This document shows positions 1-10,563 of a stretch of 32,000 nucleotides of DNA, piece after piece (the first letter of the stretch is position 1; each line of letters starts with the position of its first letter). The notes beneath the pieces were generated by a model. That model saw only the letters and a list, made by a program, of their open reading frames with translations. It was not told the DNA's origin and searched no databases. The translations under genes and the position numbers were made by a program. The stretch comes from a cyanobacterium endosymbiont of Epithemia turgida isolate EtSB Lake Yunoko (GTDB lineage Bacteria > Cyanobacteriota > Cyanobacteriia > Cyanobacteriales > Microcystaceae). The stretch is from positions 510,001 through 542,000 of the forward strand of contig NZ_AP012549.1 in assembly GCF_000829235.1 (NCBI RefSeq). The letters run 5' to 3'.

Positions 1-1
1 T

Positions 2-223
2 TTTGGGATGGAACCTTGGGTTTCTAAGTCTAATCTCGTCTTACCTAACGGTTTAAGAAATAATGACCGCGATAGCTCTTTTCATTTCGAGGCAATTTAT
101 GAATATGCAATCAATGATAATATTTCAATTACCCCTGGCATAATTATCATTACTTCTCCAGATTATGATAACAGCAATAATTCTTTATTTATTGGAACAA
201 TTCGCACAACTTTTACTTTCTAA
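2..223 (+). CDS. C-terminal end of an outer-membrane beta-barrel porin (OprB/SLH-porin-like); the 5' part lies outside the window
   Basis: The frame is open from the window edge (F-G precede the first M at 8) to TAA at 221-223. The tail ...FEAIYEYAINDNISITPGIIIITSPDYDNSNNSLFIGTIRTTFTF ends in the terminal F typical of OM beta-barrels. From memory it resembles the conserved C-terminus of cyanobacterial OprB-type porins. Confidence 0.6.
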   Translation, partial: FGMEPWVSKSNLVLPNGLRNNDRDSSFHFEAIYEYAINDNISITPGIIIITSPDYDNSNNSLFIGTIRTTFTF

Positions 224-735
224 TTGCTGTATATAATTTCTTTATATTGATTCTTCTTATAAAGAAATTATCTCAATAAAAATCAAAATTCAATTTAATT
301 ATCATTCAATAATAGTAATTATACAAGACAGGTTTAGTATAATTATTATTATTGATGTTTTTAGTTTCTTATCATTTAGGATAATTATAGTTGCTGACAG
401 TTAAGATTATTATTCTTGCCAAATTAAGCTCTGTTAATATTTGGTATACTTTTGTTATTATAAACTTGATATAGGCAAAATAATTGCCGTTTTTATTCTT
501 TTCTCTTGATTGTAGTTTTAGTTTTATCTACTTCTTTATTGAAAAATTTTCTGTTTTTAGGGGTCTTCTTCTTTAGAAGATAGATAGGTTCTTATCTTCA
601 CTTTTGTTCTTTAGTTATTTATGACTTTTTTTGACTTACTGATTCTCTTGTAAGCATAATGTTTTTGTCCTTGTTCGTGTTCTGAAGAAAATTTTTAGCG
701 TAGGTCAACGTTGATAGTTCTTACTCTTCCAATGC

Positions 736-774
736 TGTTCGCTGGATATCAGTTTACTTGGTGTCCAGCGAACA
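736..774 (+). terminator. Terminator-like hairpin with no intact gene upstream
   Basis: An 11-bp stem, tgttcgctgga (736-746) / tccagcgaaca (764-774), has a 17-nt loop. It is followed on the + strand by a T-rich tail, ctcttttaaaattattttttt. The nearest + strand gene ends about 500 nt upstream, so if functional it is orphaned. Confidence 0.25.
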
Positions 775-1577
775 CTCTTTTAAAATTATTTTTTTGTATT
801 TTTTAAAAAAAAGATCACCTATTTTAACCTTTAAAAAAAATACCACAAAAGTAGTCATTCTAGACCGAATATGATATGTTATTTATTAAAAAATGCTAGA
901 ACTCTTATTATGAATATATTCTGCAAATTCAGAGATTTAATTTCTATAAAGATAAAATTTTTTTATTCTTTGATACCTGACAAAGTAATACTCTTTTGTT
1001 CACTATATTTTTTAATGGTTGACACATAAAAACTATAAAAGTAAACTTATGTAAGTACTGCAGTATTTAATTAATTTTGATAAACTTCTGATTCATAGAA
1101 AAAATCTCTATTAGTTTTGCTATATTCTCAATAGTCAACCATAAAAATTAAGAACCCTATACTTTAAAAGTATTGTACTAAACTGATATTGTAACTAACG
1201 TTTCCAGCATGACCATATAAATATAATAAAACGCGATAACTGTTTAAAATCAGTAGATATACACCATACATAGATGTGTTTCTTTTCATTATTTGTAATC
1301 AATATATTTATTTAACCTAAAATATTGATAATTTAATCCTAACTTTAATAAATATAATTTACCTTACAAAAGGTAACAAAAATTGATTGCTTTTCTTGAA
1401 TTATCAACCCCAAATAAGCGACTTTTATTTTGATTGGTTTCAGTTTATTGACTATCTGTCTTTGAATAAAATTAAGAATAGATACCCCAAAAGTCTTATC
1501 TGGATAATTATTAAAAAATTAATAGCTTTAATTTAAAATATATGTTTAATCAGTTATTAAAATTAATTAATTGTTAA

Positions 1578-3026
1578 CTACTTTAACGTTGGTTTTTGAT
1601 TATGCCAATCAGTGGCTTGTTCATAAGCGTAACCGACTTGAAATAGTTTCCCCTCTTCTAAAATATTTCCAATCAACTGTAAGCCAATGGGTAAGCCATT
1701 TACATCGAAACCGCAAGGAATACTCATTCCTGGAAGTCCAGCTAGATTAACAGGAATTGTCGTTAAATCAGACAGATACATACTTAAAGGATCATCCGTT
1801 TTTTCACCTACTTTAAATGCTGTAGTGGAAGATGTAGGACAAACTAAGACATCAACGGTTTCAAAGGCTTTATTAAAATCCTGTTTAATTAAAGTGCGAA
1901 TTCTTTGCGCTTTTAAATAAAAAGCATCATAGTAACCAGCAGACAACGCATAAGTTCCAATCATAATGCGTCTTTTAACTTCAGGACCAAAGCCTTTAGC
2001 ACGGGTTTTAGTGTACATTTCTAAAAGGTTTTCTGCTTCTTCTCTAATACCGTATCTAACCGCATCGTAACGGGCTAAATTAGATGATGCTTCCGAGGGC
2101 GCAATGATATAATAGGCAGGTAAACCGTAGCGGAAATGAGGACAAGAAACCCTCTTAACTTTTGCTCCCAATACTTTTAATTGATCAACAGCGTTATTAA
2201 CGGTTTTAGCAACCACAAAATCTAAACCTTCTTCAAAAGTTTCTTCAATAATGCCAACTGTTAACCCTTTTAAACTACTTTTAAGAAAAGTAGTATAGTC
2301 TGGAATAGGAACATTGAGACTAGTAGAGTCTTTAACATCATAACCCGCAATCGCTCCCAAGAGAATTGCTGCATCTTCAACACTTCTTGACAACGGACCG
2401 ACTTGATCCAAGGATGATCCATAGGCAATTAACCCAAACCGTGAGACTAGTCCATAAGTTGGTTTTAGTCCGACGATACCGCAAAAAGAGGCCGGTTGCC
2501 GGATAGATCCTCCTGTATCTGAGCCCAAGGCTACTACACACTCATCAGCTGCCACCGCCGCTGCAGACCCGCCAGAGGAACCACCTGGAATACGTTCAAG
2601 ATCCCAAGGGTTAGCCGTGACCTGATAGCTGGAATTTTCCGTAGAACTTCCCATAGCAAACTCATCTAAGTTCGTTTTTCCTACTATAACTGCCCCAATT
2701 TCCTGTAATTTCTGAGTGACAGTAGATTCGTAGGGAGGAATAAAATTTTCTAGTATTCTCGAGGCACAAGTGGTAGGAATACCTGCAGTACAAAGATTAT
2801 CTTTTATACCGATGGGAATACCCGCTAACAGGCCAATTTCTTCTTTGGCGGCAATTCTTTTATCTACTGCTTTAGCGGTTTCTAAAGCGTGATTGGCCGT
2901 GACACAGAGAAAACTCTTGACCTTTGGTTCTACTATTTTGATACGTTCTAATACTTCTATAGTAGTTTCGACGGCAGAACGTTCTTTGTTGATTAATTGT
3001 CTATGTAGTTCGCGGATAGATGTCAT
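1578..3026 (-). CDS. gatA: Glutamyl-tRNA(Gln) amidotransferase subunit A
   Basis: 482-aa ORF with ATG at 3024-3026. It carries the amidase-signature stretch [13 protein letters not shown]...[16 protein letters not shown], and its length and N-terminus ([11 protein letters not shown]...) are typical of GatA. Confidence 0.95.
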   Translation of the reverse strand: MTSIRELHRQLINKERSAVETTIEVLERIKIVEPKVKSFLCVTANHALETAKAVDKRIAAKEEIGLLAGIPIGIKDNLCTAGIPTTCASRILENFIPPYESTVTQKLQEIGAVIVGKTNLDEFAMGSSTENSSYQVTANPWDLERIPGGSSGGSAAAVAADECVVALGSDTGGSIRQPASFCGIVGLKPTYGLVSRFGLIAYGSSLDQVGPLSRSVEDAAILLGAIAGYDVKDSTSLNVPIPDYTTFLKSSLKGLTVGIIEETFEEGLDFVVAKTVNNAVDQLKVLGAKVKRVSCPHFRYGLPAYYIIAPSEASSNLARYDAVRYGIREEAENLLEMYTKTRAKGFGPEVKRRIMIGTYALSAGYYDAFYLKAQRIRTLIKQDFNKAFETVDVLVCPTSSTTAFKVGEKTDDPLSMYLSDLTTIPVNLAGLPGMSIPCGFDVNGLPIGLQLIGNILEEGKLFQVGYAYEQATDWHNQKPTLK

Positions 3027-4072
3027 AAATATAACCTAATATGTTTTGGATGGTATAACTTAACACTCCAACGGTTTAGATAATACTAGCATTAAATGCT
3101 ATCATTTTTCAGGGAATAAGGCACCGATGATTGACCACTAAAAGGATGCCTTAATTAATAAAAATTCTAGCTTAACAATTAAGTCTAATTTTTATAGTCT
3201 AATTGAGTTAATTTGATAACAAATAGTGATATTATATTCATATGATTTAGACTGCTATCTGAAAACTAAAATTTTATAGAATAAATACAATATTTTAAAA
3301 CGTGAAACTATCCATAAAAATGATTGTGGGTAATTTGTAATTTTTATTGTTATTATTAATAGTGTTATTATGTTATTTTTTTCTAGACTTTTAAAGAAAA
3401 AATAGACATTGTTAGCATAGAAGTAGCTAGTTTATGTCCTTTTTGATTCTTGTTTTCTTCTAGTTTAAGTTTATACAAATTTACATTATGGTAACTACAG
3501 TTATCAATAGTTACTTGATCAAAATCTTATATTATTGCTATATAATTATTTTTTATATCTTAGAGACTACCGTGGTAAGTGCCAACTCAATAAAAATTAT
3601 GCCAAACTAATTACGCTTCAGCTCTTTATTTTATTTCCTAATACATTTTGATATTATCTAATTTATGATTAAGCTATTTTACCATACAAAGCTTATATAC
3701 TAGTACTTTATTATATGAAATTATTAAAAAGCTATAGTAACCTATTTTGATTTTAGGAAAAAGAGAGATGTTATTAAATTAAAACTACTTTAATGCTTCC
3801 TTATATGTTCTTATTTATATAATTTATATACTTACTCGTTTATCTAAATAAACTCACATTCTGTAATATTTTTTTTCTTTAATTTAACTATAGTGATTTT
3901 ATTAGTTGTCAAGTATTTAAATTTTTAATATTTTCTATAAATTCTTGATTACTTATTTTATTTAGCTGAATTTTTAATGCCACTATTTTAAACTTTTTCA
4001 GATTTTATTATCTTACATGTTTAAGTGCATGTTCTTTTATTTTTAAGTCAACTTAATTCTTTTGTGAGTTTG

Positions 4073-4125
4073 TTTATATCTTAAGATTAAGTCTCATGTG
4101 ATGAGACTTAATCTTAAGATATAAA
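4073..4125. repeat. Perfect inverted repeat (25-bp arms, 3-nt spacer gtg)
   Basis: Arms tttatatcttaagattaagtctcat (4073-4097) and atgagacttaatcttaagatataaa (4101-4125) were checked base by base. All 25 pairs are complementary, and the match breaks at 4072/4126. Confidence 0.95.
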
Positions 4126-5353
4126 GCTTTTTCTACTCAAGGTCAATTGATCGTAGTTAATTTATAATTTTGATGAAATTTATTGATGACTTTACTAGAA
4201 TAGAAAAATTAAAGAGTCATGTTGTTTTTTAAAAAAAACTATACCATTACTATCTCTTCTAAGCTATGAATAATAGATAATATTTATTCCGTCTAAATTT
4301 AGAACCTCATTCATTAAACTGATTAGAGGATTTGATGCAGTTGGTATAAACTAAGTGAAAATTTTAAGTTTCATATAATTTGATTCAAATATTAAATATC
4401 TCGGAATACCATCTATAATGGTAATTATAGTTTTTAATAAACCTATAAGTGATAATAAAACTTTAGCTTTTGGTTTTTATTAAGCTAATAATAGCATAGC
4501 AAATTTTAGGTTTTATATTATATTATAAGCTATCTATTTATCATTATTATTAATATTTTATAATTTATAATTTTATACAAATAAAATTATAAGTAAATTA
4601 ATTATTTTATAAAAATAATTTTTAGTTTATTTTTATAGCATTACAGCGAATAATTCTCTAAAAATATTATCTGTTTAAATAAATATTGGCTATTCAATAG
4701 ATACATTAGATTGCCCAATAAGACCTTTAGTATAGTAAAATCGCTGGAACTATGTCAAACTTAAATTTAAAATTTTGCCAAAGAAATATTAATAGTTGTA
4801 TTCAATAAGTTTTAAAATTAAGGTTAATTTTAAATATTTTATAAAAGATAAAAAGCTATTTCTCTAAGTTACTAGAATTTTGATAAAGTCATTACTAAAG
4901 ATAAAAATAATTTAATTTATAAAATAATTTTAGACAGTGGCAGTGACATCTTATAATTGGTTCTCTCAATATAGAATAAATTTTTAAACAACAATAAAAA
5001 ATTTGCATAAATTAAAGCTTAAATAAATTTCTTTGTAAGTTTACAAATGTTATAAAAATACATAGCTTAATAATAAAGAGAATACAAAACTACACAAGTA
5101 GTTTTAAAAACTGTTTTAAAAACTATTCATCTTAACCTTTATCTTGCTATTTAAAATTTATTTGTAGCTACTATTTTTAGTTATTAAAAATTGGCTTTCA
5201 TCTTTTATGAAATCAATTTAAAATCCATAAAATGTGGATATAGTTTAGAATTTGTTTATTTTTTAAAAAATTAAGAATCATCATACATGATAAATTCTGG
5301 TTATTAAAACTAATGGCTAATCTAGTTTTCAGAAAATATTAATTTTAATAAAA

Positions 5354-5377
5354 AATAATTATGCTAGCATAATTATT
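5354..5377. repeat. Perfect 24-bp palindrome with no spacer
   Basis: aataattatgct|agcataattatt is self-complementary over all 12 pairs, with gctagc at the centre. Confidence 0.9.
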
Positions 5378-5780
5378 AACATGATAAAGGACTTAATTTT
5401 ATCTTTTTATCGAAAAGTAATGACTGGCAAATAGTTCTAGAAAGCACTATTTTTATTTAGTTTATTTAAATTATTTTTATTACTTGCTTTACATTCAATA
5501 TTTTTTGTCAAGTTAAGTTGATGTAAAAATTAGATCTATAAGGTTATCAATTATTATCGTTACTTTTTTAAAAAAATATTAATATTGATATTAATTTTAT
5601 TACCATTAATGCTTTTACTAAAAGTTCGAATATTAACCTAGTAGGATCATCAGCCAGTTTTGAAATTCGAGGTTTGACAGTTACCTTTGTGGTACAGTAA
5701 TTCTCTGAACAACTATTTGTTTTCTTGAATGAGTTCTGTGACCTCAGTTCTAGATATTAAAATCTTAGATTTAATACGTA

Positions 5781-7187
5781 TTAAGCTACTTCTCCCCCTA
5801 CCATAACCTCTTTAATCCGTAGACTTGGTCCCCCACAACCAACGGCTAGACCGCTTTGTCCCTCTTTACCGCAGCCTCCTGATTCATCCCAATAAAAATC
5901 ATTTCCGATCGCTTCAATATTACCTAGGGTTTTAAACACATTCCCTGATAAAGTTACATCTCTGACAGGTTCAGCTAACTTTCCATGCCGAATCATCCAA
6001 GCTTCCCCTGCACTAAAAGTGAACATTTCCCCATTTGTCATTCCTCCTAACCAATTTTTGGCATAAATTCCCTCTTGAATATCCATAAATAAATCTTTTA
6101 CTGGAGTCTTTCCACGTTCGATCCAAGTGTTTGTCATTCGTACTAAAGGAGGATAATGATAGTTTAAACAACGAGCATTTCCAGTAGGTCGTTCGTTCAA
6201 TTTTCCGGCAGTTTCCCGTGAATGTAACCGTCCAACCAAGACCCCATTATGAATTAATTGGGTCTTGGTTGCAGGAACTCCTTCATCATCATAAAAATAA
6301 CTCCCTCTGTGACCTTGAGGAGCAGCCCCATCAAAAATTTGCAGAATCTCAGGTCCAAATTGTCTCCCCATACTCATCAACTCTAAAAGCTCAGGATTTT
6401 CGTATAACATATCCGCTTCAGAAAGGTGGCCAAATGCTTCATGAACAAACAAACCTGTAAGAACAGGGTCTATCACAACTGTATAGTTATTTCCCTTCAC
6501 AGGGGGCAAAACTAAAGCATTTAGCGCGCGTTGGGCTGCTCCTTGTATCTGTTGTTCTAAACCTGTTAAGTCTTCATACCCCCGACGAGAACCTATGGTT
6601 TCCCGTCCTGTTTGTAAGTTTTCACCACTTCTAGCCGTTGCTGAAAACCGCATTTCCAAATCTGCCCAAGATTGTTTGATCAATGTCCCTTCAGAGCTAG
6701 CGAAAAGGATGTTTTGGGTACTGTCTTTATAGTGAACTGAGGTAGTTGCAATTTGGTTACTCAAACTGCGAAGGATAGCATTGTAATGTTCACACAGGGC
6801 TTTTTTTTGTGCTATTGGAACCTGGCGAGGATCAGTTCCGGTTAAGGGCAACTGACAGTCAATCTGGACGGGTTCAATGGGAGCTAATCGAGTTTCCTTA
6901 TCCCCCACCAAACGTGCTGCTGCGACCACCTCTTCCACTCGCTGGTTTAAAGTTGATAATTGATTAAAGGTGGCAAAACCCCACCCCCCTCTATAACAGG
7001 CTCTAACTTGACCTCCACTGGCAATACCTTCGCTCAGAGTATCTATTTTATTCCCTCGCAATATAATATTTGTCTCTTCAGAGTATTCGACCCGAATTGC
7101 TAAAAAATCTACGTAATCTCGGTGACGGTGGATGATTTCTGTTAGTTGATTTTTGTAGGTGTTAATCTCAGTCATAGAGGCAGCCAT
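5781..7187 (-). CDS. tldD: TldD-family metalloprotease (peptidase U62, TldD/PmbA superfamily)
   Basis: 468-aa ORF with ATG at 7185-7187. It has the HEAFGH metal-binding motif and a Gly-rich C-terminus (WDESGGCGKEGQSGLAVGCGGPSLR) characteristic of TldD. Confidence 0.85.
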   Translation of the reverse strand: MAASMTEINTYKNQLTEIIHRHRDYVDFLAIRVEYSEETNIILRGNKIDTLSEGIASGGQVRACYRGGWGFATFNQLSTLNQRVEEVVAAARLVGDKETRLAPIEPVQIDCQLPLTGTDPRQVPIAQKKALCEHYNAILRSLSNQIATTSVHYKDSTQNILFASSEGTLIKQSWADLEMRFSATARSGENLQTGRETIGSRRGYEDLTGLEQQIQGAAQRALNALVLPPVKGNNYTVVIDPVLTGLFVHEAFGHLSEADMLYENPELLELMSMGRQFGPEILQIFDGAAPQGHRGSYFYDDEGVPATKTQLIHNGVLVGRLHSRETAGKLNERPTGNARCLNYHYPPLVRMTNTWIERGKTPVKDLFMDIQEGIYAKNWLGGMTNGEMFTFSAGEAWMIRHGKLAEPVRDVTLSGNVFKTLGNIEAIGNDFYWDESGGCGKEGQSGLAVGCGGPSLRIKEVMVGGEVA

Positions 7188-7689
7188 AGCTAATTGTGAT
7201 TCTAATTTCTTTTAGTTTAAAGGACATATGGAAAGTATAGGATGCGGGAATAAATAACCTTTAAATATAAAAATAAACAATAATTTAGTTCTTGTTTTAT
7301 TAATACCTTTAGTTAAATTTTCATTAATCGCTTAAGCGGTGGATTTGCTAAAAAAATGTCAACGCTTAATCCACATACCTATATTGTTTATAACAAAGAA
7401 TTCCTGACTGCAGGTTTTGTTTTTTGGGATTTAAATGTCATATAAGGAAGTGTTTTTGTCACTACTGTGAACATAGTTACATTAAAATCAAAGCCATGAA
7501 ATATTGCATTATCAGAGTGCACCTTATTTTTTACCACATTTTTACCTTGGTCATTTTCACTATCTCTTAAATTTTGTCAATATTTCATTATAGTAGTCAT
7601 CAAGTTTGCTTTATTAGAAACATGGACACAGAAAACCTTTAAAGGACTCAATTTTATTAATCCTACCATAAGTTTATTCATGTAGTTCT

Positions 7690-8960
7690 GCCTTGGCTTT
7701 CAGTTTACTTGTGAGTGTTCAGACCCTTCAAGCTTCTTATTGTTTCTAAAAAGTTTTTGTTCATAAAATTAGTATTACTTTGATCATTAAAAGTATTTCA
7801 TTGCATCCACTCATTCTACAACTGATAAACTTGTTTTAAATCGGTGTTATCGCTCATTTTTTTCTTATAAATTCTATTAGAATAGGGAAATAGTTTTAAT
7901 GCCACTTCCAAGGATAGATTTGAAAGTAACTCAAATCTTGACATCGTCAGCTTCTGAGATATCCAAGATATTTTAATTATCCTCCCTAGCCTCCTTCATC
8001 GCCACTGTTTTTATAATTTATTGATACTTCTTTGGTAATTTACTCCAAACAGGTTCATTAATTGGAATTTTTAAAATTTTGTCTAATTTTGACTATACTC
8101 GATAGTAATAATGAGAATTAACTTTAATTTTAGCTTAGTTTTTTACCCTTAATCAGCGACTATCCACCCTACTGTATTGATCGCTTTTTTATCTAGAGCT
8201 AGAAAAATTTTCCCTGGTAAAACTTAAACATCAATCCCGAAACTGGACATCATCTCACCCTCCAACCCAGAAATATACATTTTTAACTCTTTGAGATCTC
8301 TTATCGACTTAACTTTTATTTTAAACTATCTCCCATTTTTGCCCCATATTACTAGTCGGGAAATTAATCACATTAAAATCAGCATAAAATATGTGCATAC
8401 CTTCTAGTTCACTTCCGTGATACAGCCAAGAAATGTATTGCTGACAACTTAACTCAAAAGGCATAGACTTCCCAAACTCTAAAACTAGATTGTTGCCTAT
8501 GTGCCTATGTAATAATGACTTGCTGTGTATCTACATTCAACAGTAAAATACTGTTGAATGTAGATACACTATAACCTTAGTGTAATTTTTTCCTTGCATA
8601 AGCAATAGGCAGCAATGGTAATCTTTCCTTTCATCATATCCAGAACTCGATTGCAAACTGTTTGCACTCCCCAAAATTGTATGGAGAGACTTAGTCCAAC
8701 TGGTGGTCACTTCTAGCAAAAACAGGGAAGCTGTTTCTGGTCACTTCTTCTGAGCTAGATCGAGCATCACAAGAGTTAAAAATCATAGTAGTGGCAGCTC
8801 CCAATTCAACATTACTAAATAGAAGATCGGCGTTTCGTTTATATATGGATAAATTATCAAGAGGTTTATGACTAAATTATTCTTCAGCTATAGTTATCGA
8901 CTATGTTAAAGTTTATCTTGATTTATAAGTTTCCTAACCAAATTAAATGAAAGGTTGGTA
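7690..8960 (-). pseudogene. Decayed TRAP-type transporter periplasmic solute-binding protein (DctP family); boundaries approximate
   Basis: Minus-strand hand translation gives fragments in several frames, interrupted by stops. They are LLFSNVELGAATTMI (~8780-8830), TSWTKSLHTILGSAN (8660-8704) and EFGKSMPFELSCQQYISWLYHGSELEGMHIFYADFNVINFPTSNMGQKW (8324-8479). Further fragments are IKVKSIRDLKELKMYISGLEGEMMSSFGIDV*VLPGKIFLALDKKAINTVGWIVAD (~8150-8319) and INEPVWSKLPKKYQ*IIKTVAMKEA (~7990-8065). These follow the order and pattern I remember for DctP-like TRAP binding proteins (..VPF.L......W.Y.GGG..L..E....FPGGNTG.QMGGWFRKEI....DLKGLKMR..G......LG..P....GG.I.PALE.G.IDA.EW.GP..). Confidence 0.55.
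8525..8569. repeat. Perfect inverted repeat (21-bp stem, 3-nt loop) inside the TRAP-binding-protein pseudogene
   Basis: gtgtatctacattcaacagta (8525-8545), aaa, tactgttgaatgtagatacac (8549-8569). All pairs were checked, and the match breaks at 8524/8570. Confidence 0.95.
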
Positions 8961-9054
8961 TTGTCTAGCAACAGGTTTTTATTTATTAAATAATCCTGAA
9001 ATCTCTGTTAAAATGTTCTGAACATATAACTTAACTTTTTTAAAAAACATTCTT

Positions 9055-10563
9055 ATGTTTAATTGGTTTTACAGTAAAGTTGAAGCGCCGGCTAAATCTC
9101 AAGAATTAGAACCTGTTGAAAAAAAAACTCCTACTGATTCTTCACAAATCCAAAAACAAATCCCAGAACAAACATCCCAGCCAAGTCAAGAGGATTATCT
9201 GACTTGGGCTAAGTTAGCTTATAAAAACATTCAACAAAGCAAAGAAGAGTCTCAATCAGAAGAAACTCCAGAAACGCTTGAAACAGAAGCTGATTTACAA
9301 CAAGAAACTCCCACCAAAATCGAGCCTTCAAAGACTCCTAAAAACCCAGTCTCAGAAGTTTTTGAAGGACCCGTTTTCACCACCAGTGCAACCACTACTA
9401 CCGTTGAAACTCCTAAACCCTCAGTACAAGAAGTTAGTGAAGAATCTGCTTCCGTTGAAGAAAGAACCAGTCCTGCTTGGATGCAAAAATCAGATCGTTT
9501 AGAGATCCTTAAAGAGACAGCGATAGAGAAGGAAAAGGTAGACGAATTAGGATTAGCCTTTGATGAAGAATTTGTTTGGTCAGTCAAAGTTCTTGCAGCT
9601 CAAGGCCGTGCACCTAAAGATATTTCTGCCGAAGAAATCAGCTGGTTAAAAAAACTGCGTCAAGGACTCGGTAAAACCCGTCGAGGATTAGTTAACAAAC
9701 TTAAAGCGGTTGTTGGACAAGGACCCCTCAACCAGGATGCGGTAACAGAAATTGAAACTCTGTTGCTACAAGCGGATGTGGGTTTAGAGGCTACTGAGTA
9801 TATCATTACAAGTTTACAAAGTAGATTTCGCGAAGAGACATTACCCCCCGAACAGGCGATTGCCTATCTTAAAGAAATTCTACGCGATATTCTTGATGCT
9901 CCCTTGAAACAAATAAAGAATCCAGGGTTTGCTCCTGAAAAAAATACCCTCAATATTTGGTTAATGACAGGGGTTAATGGTGCTGGCAAAACAACCACGA
10001 TTGGAAAACTCGCCTATTTATCCCAAAAATCTGGGTATAGTTGTATAATTGCTGCGGCGGATACTTTTCGAGCAGCAGCCGTGGAACAGGTAAAAGTATG
10101 GGGACAGAGAAGTAATACTCTAGTCATCGCTAACCCAGGTAAAAATACTGATCCGGCGGCAGTAGTGTTTGATGGCATTGTGGCTGCCCAATCTCGTCAG
10201 ATAGAACTCTTGTTAGTGGATACGGCAGGACGGTTACAAAATAAAAAGAATCTAATGGAAGAATTGTCTAAAATTAGGCGAATTATTGACACAAAAGCCC
10301 CTAATGCCCAAGTTGAAGCTTTACTAGTTCTTGATGCTACTTTAGGACAGAATGGATTACGCCAAGCTGAAGTTTTTTCAAAATCAGCCAACTTAACGGG
10401 AGTGGTGTTAACTAAATTGGATGGAACTGCTAAAGGTGGAATAGCCTTGGCTGTTTCTCAAAAACTTAATTTACCTATTCGCTTTATCAGTGCAGGAGAA
10501 GAAATTGAAGATTTACATCCCTTTTCTAGTTATGAATTTATAGAGGCCTTACTCAATACTTAA
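9055..10563 (+). CDS. ftsY: Signal recognition particle receptor FtsY
   Basis: 502-aa ORF with ATG at 9055. A long acidic, low-complexity N-terminus is followed by an SRP-GTPase NG domain (GVNGAGKTTTIGKLA, DTAGRL, TKLDGTAKGG). Confidence 0.95.
   Translation: MFNWFYSKVEAPAKSQELEPVEKKTPTDSSQIQKQIPEQTSQPSQEDYLTWAKLAYKNIQQSKEESQSEETPETLETEADLQQETPTKIEPSKTPKNPVSEVFEGPVFTTSATTTTVETPKPSVQEVSEESASVEERTSPAWMQKSDRLEILKETAIEKEKVDELGLAFDEEFVWSVKVLAAQGRAPKDISAEEISWLKKLRQGLGKTRRGLVNKLKAVVGQGPLNQDAVTEIETLLLQADVGLEATEYIITSLQSRFREETLPPEQAIAYLKEILRDILDAPLKQIKNPGFAPEKNTLNIWLMTGVNGAGKTTTIGKLAYLSQKSGYSCIIAAADTFRAAAVEQVKVWGQRSNTLVIANPGKNTDPAAVVFDGIVAAQSRQIELLLVDTAGRLQNKKNLMEELSKIRRIIDTKAPNAQVEALLVLDATLGQNGLRQAEVFSKSANLTGVVLTKLDGTAKGGIALAVSQKLNLPIRFISAGEEIEDLHPFSSYEFIEALLNT

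Noticed and set aside
1687-1920. 77-aa ORF on the + strand
   Set aside because: It lies entirely antisense within gatA, has no recognisable motifs, and is a typical shadow ORF.
5901-5912. Search for the cyanobacterial HIP1 palindrome (GCGATCGC)
   Set aside because: I found only near-misses, for example ccgatcgc at about 5905 and gatcgcgatc at about 23206. No exact copy was noticed by eye, so there is no claim to make. A proper count needs a program.
6218-6460. 80-aa ORF on the + strand
   Set aside because: It is antisense inside tldD and is a shadow ORF.
8537-8719. 60-aa ORF on the - strand
   Set aside because: It is not an independent gene. It is one in-frame fragment of the TRAP binding-protein pseudogene (it contains TSWTKSLHTILGSAN) and runs into the hairpin insertion.
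9252-9587. 111-aa (-) and 74-aa (+, 9278-9502) ORFs
   Set aside because: Both overlap the low-complexity acidic N-terminal region of ftsY in alternative frames. Their composition is driven by ftsY codons. The same applies to 10197-10391 (-).
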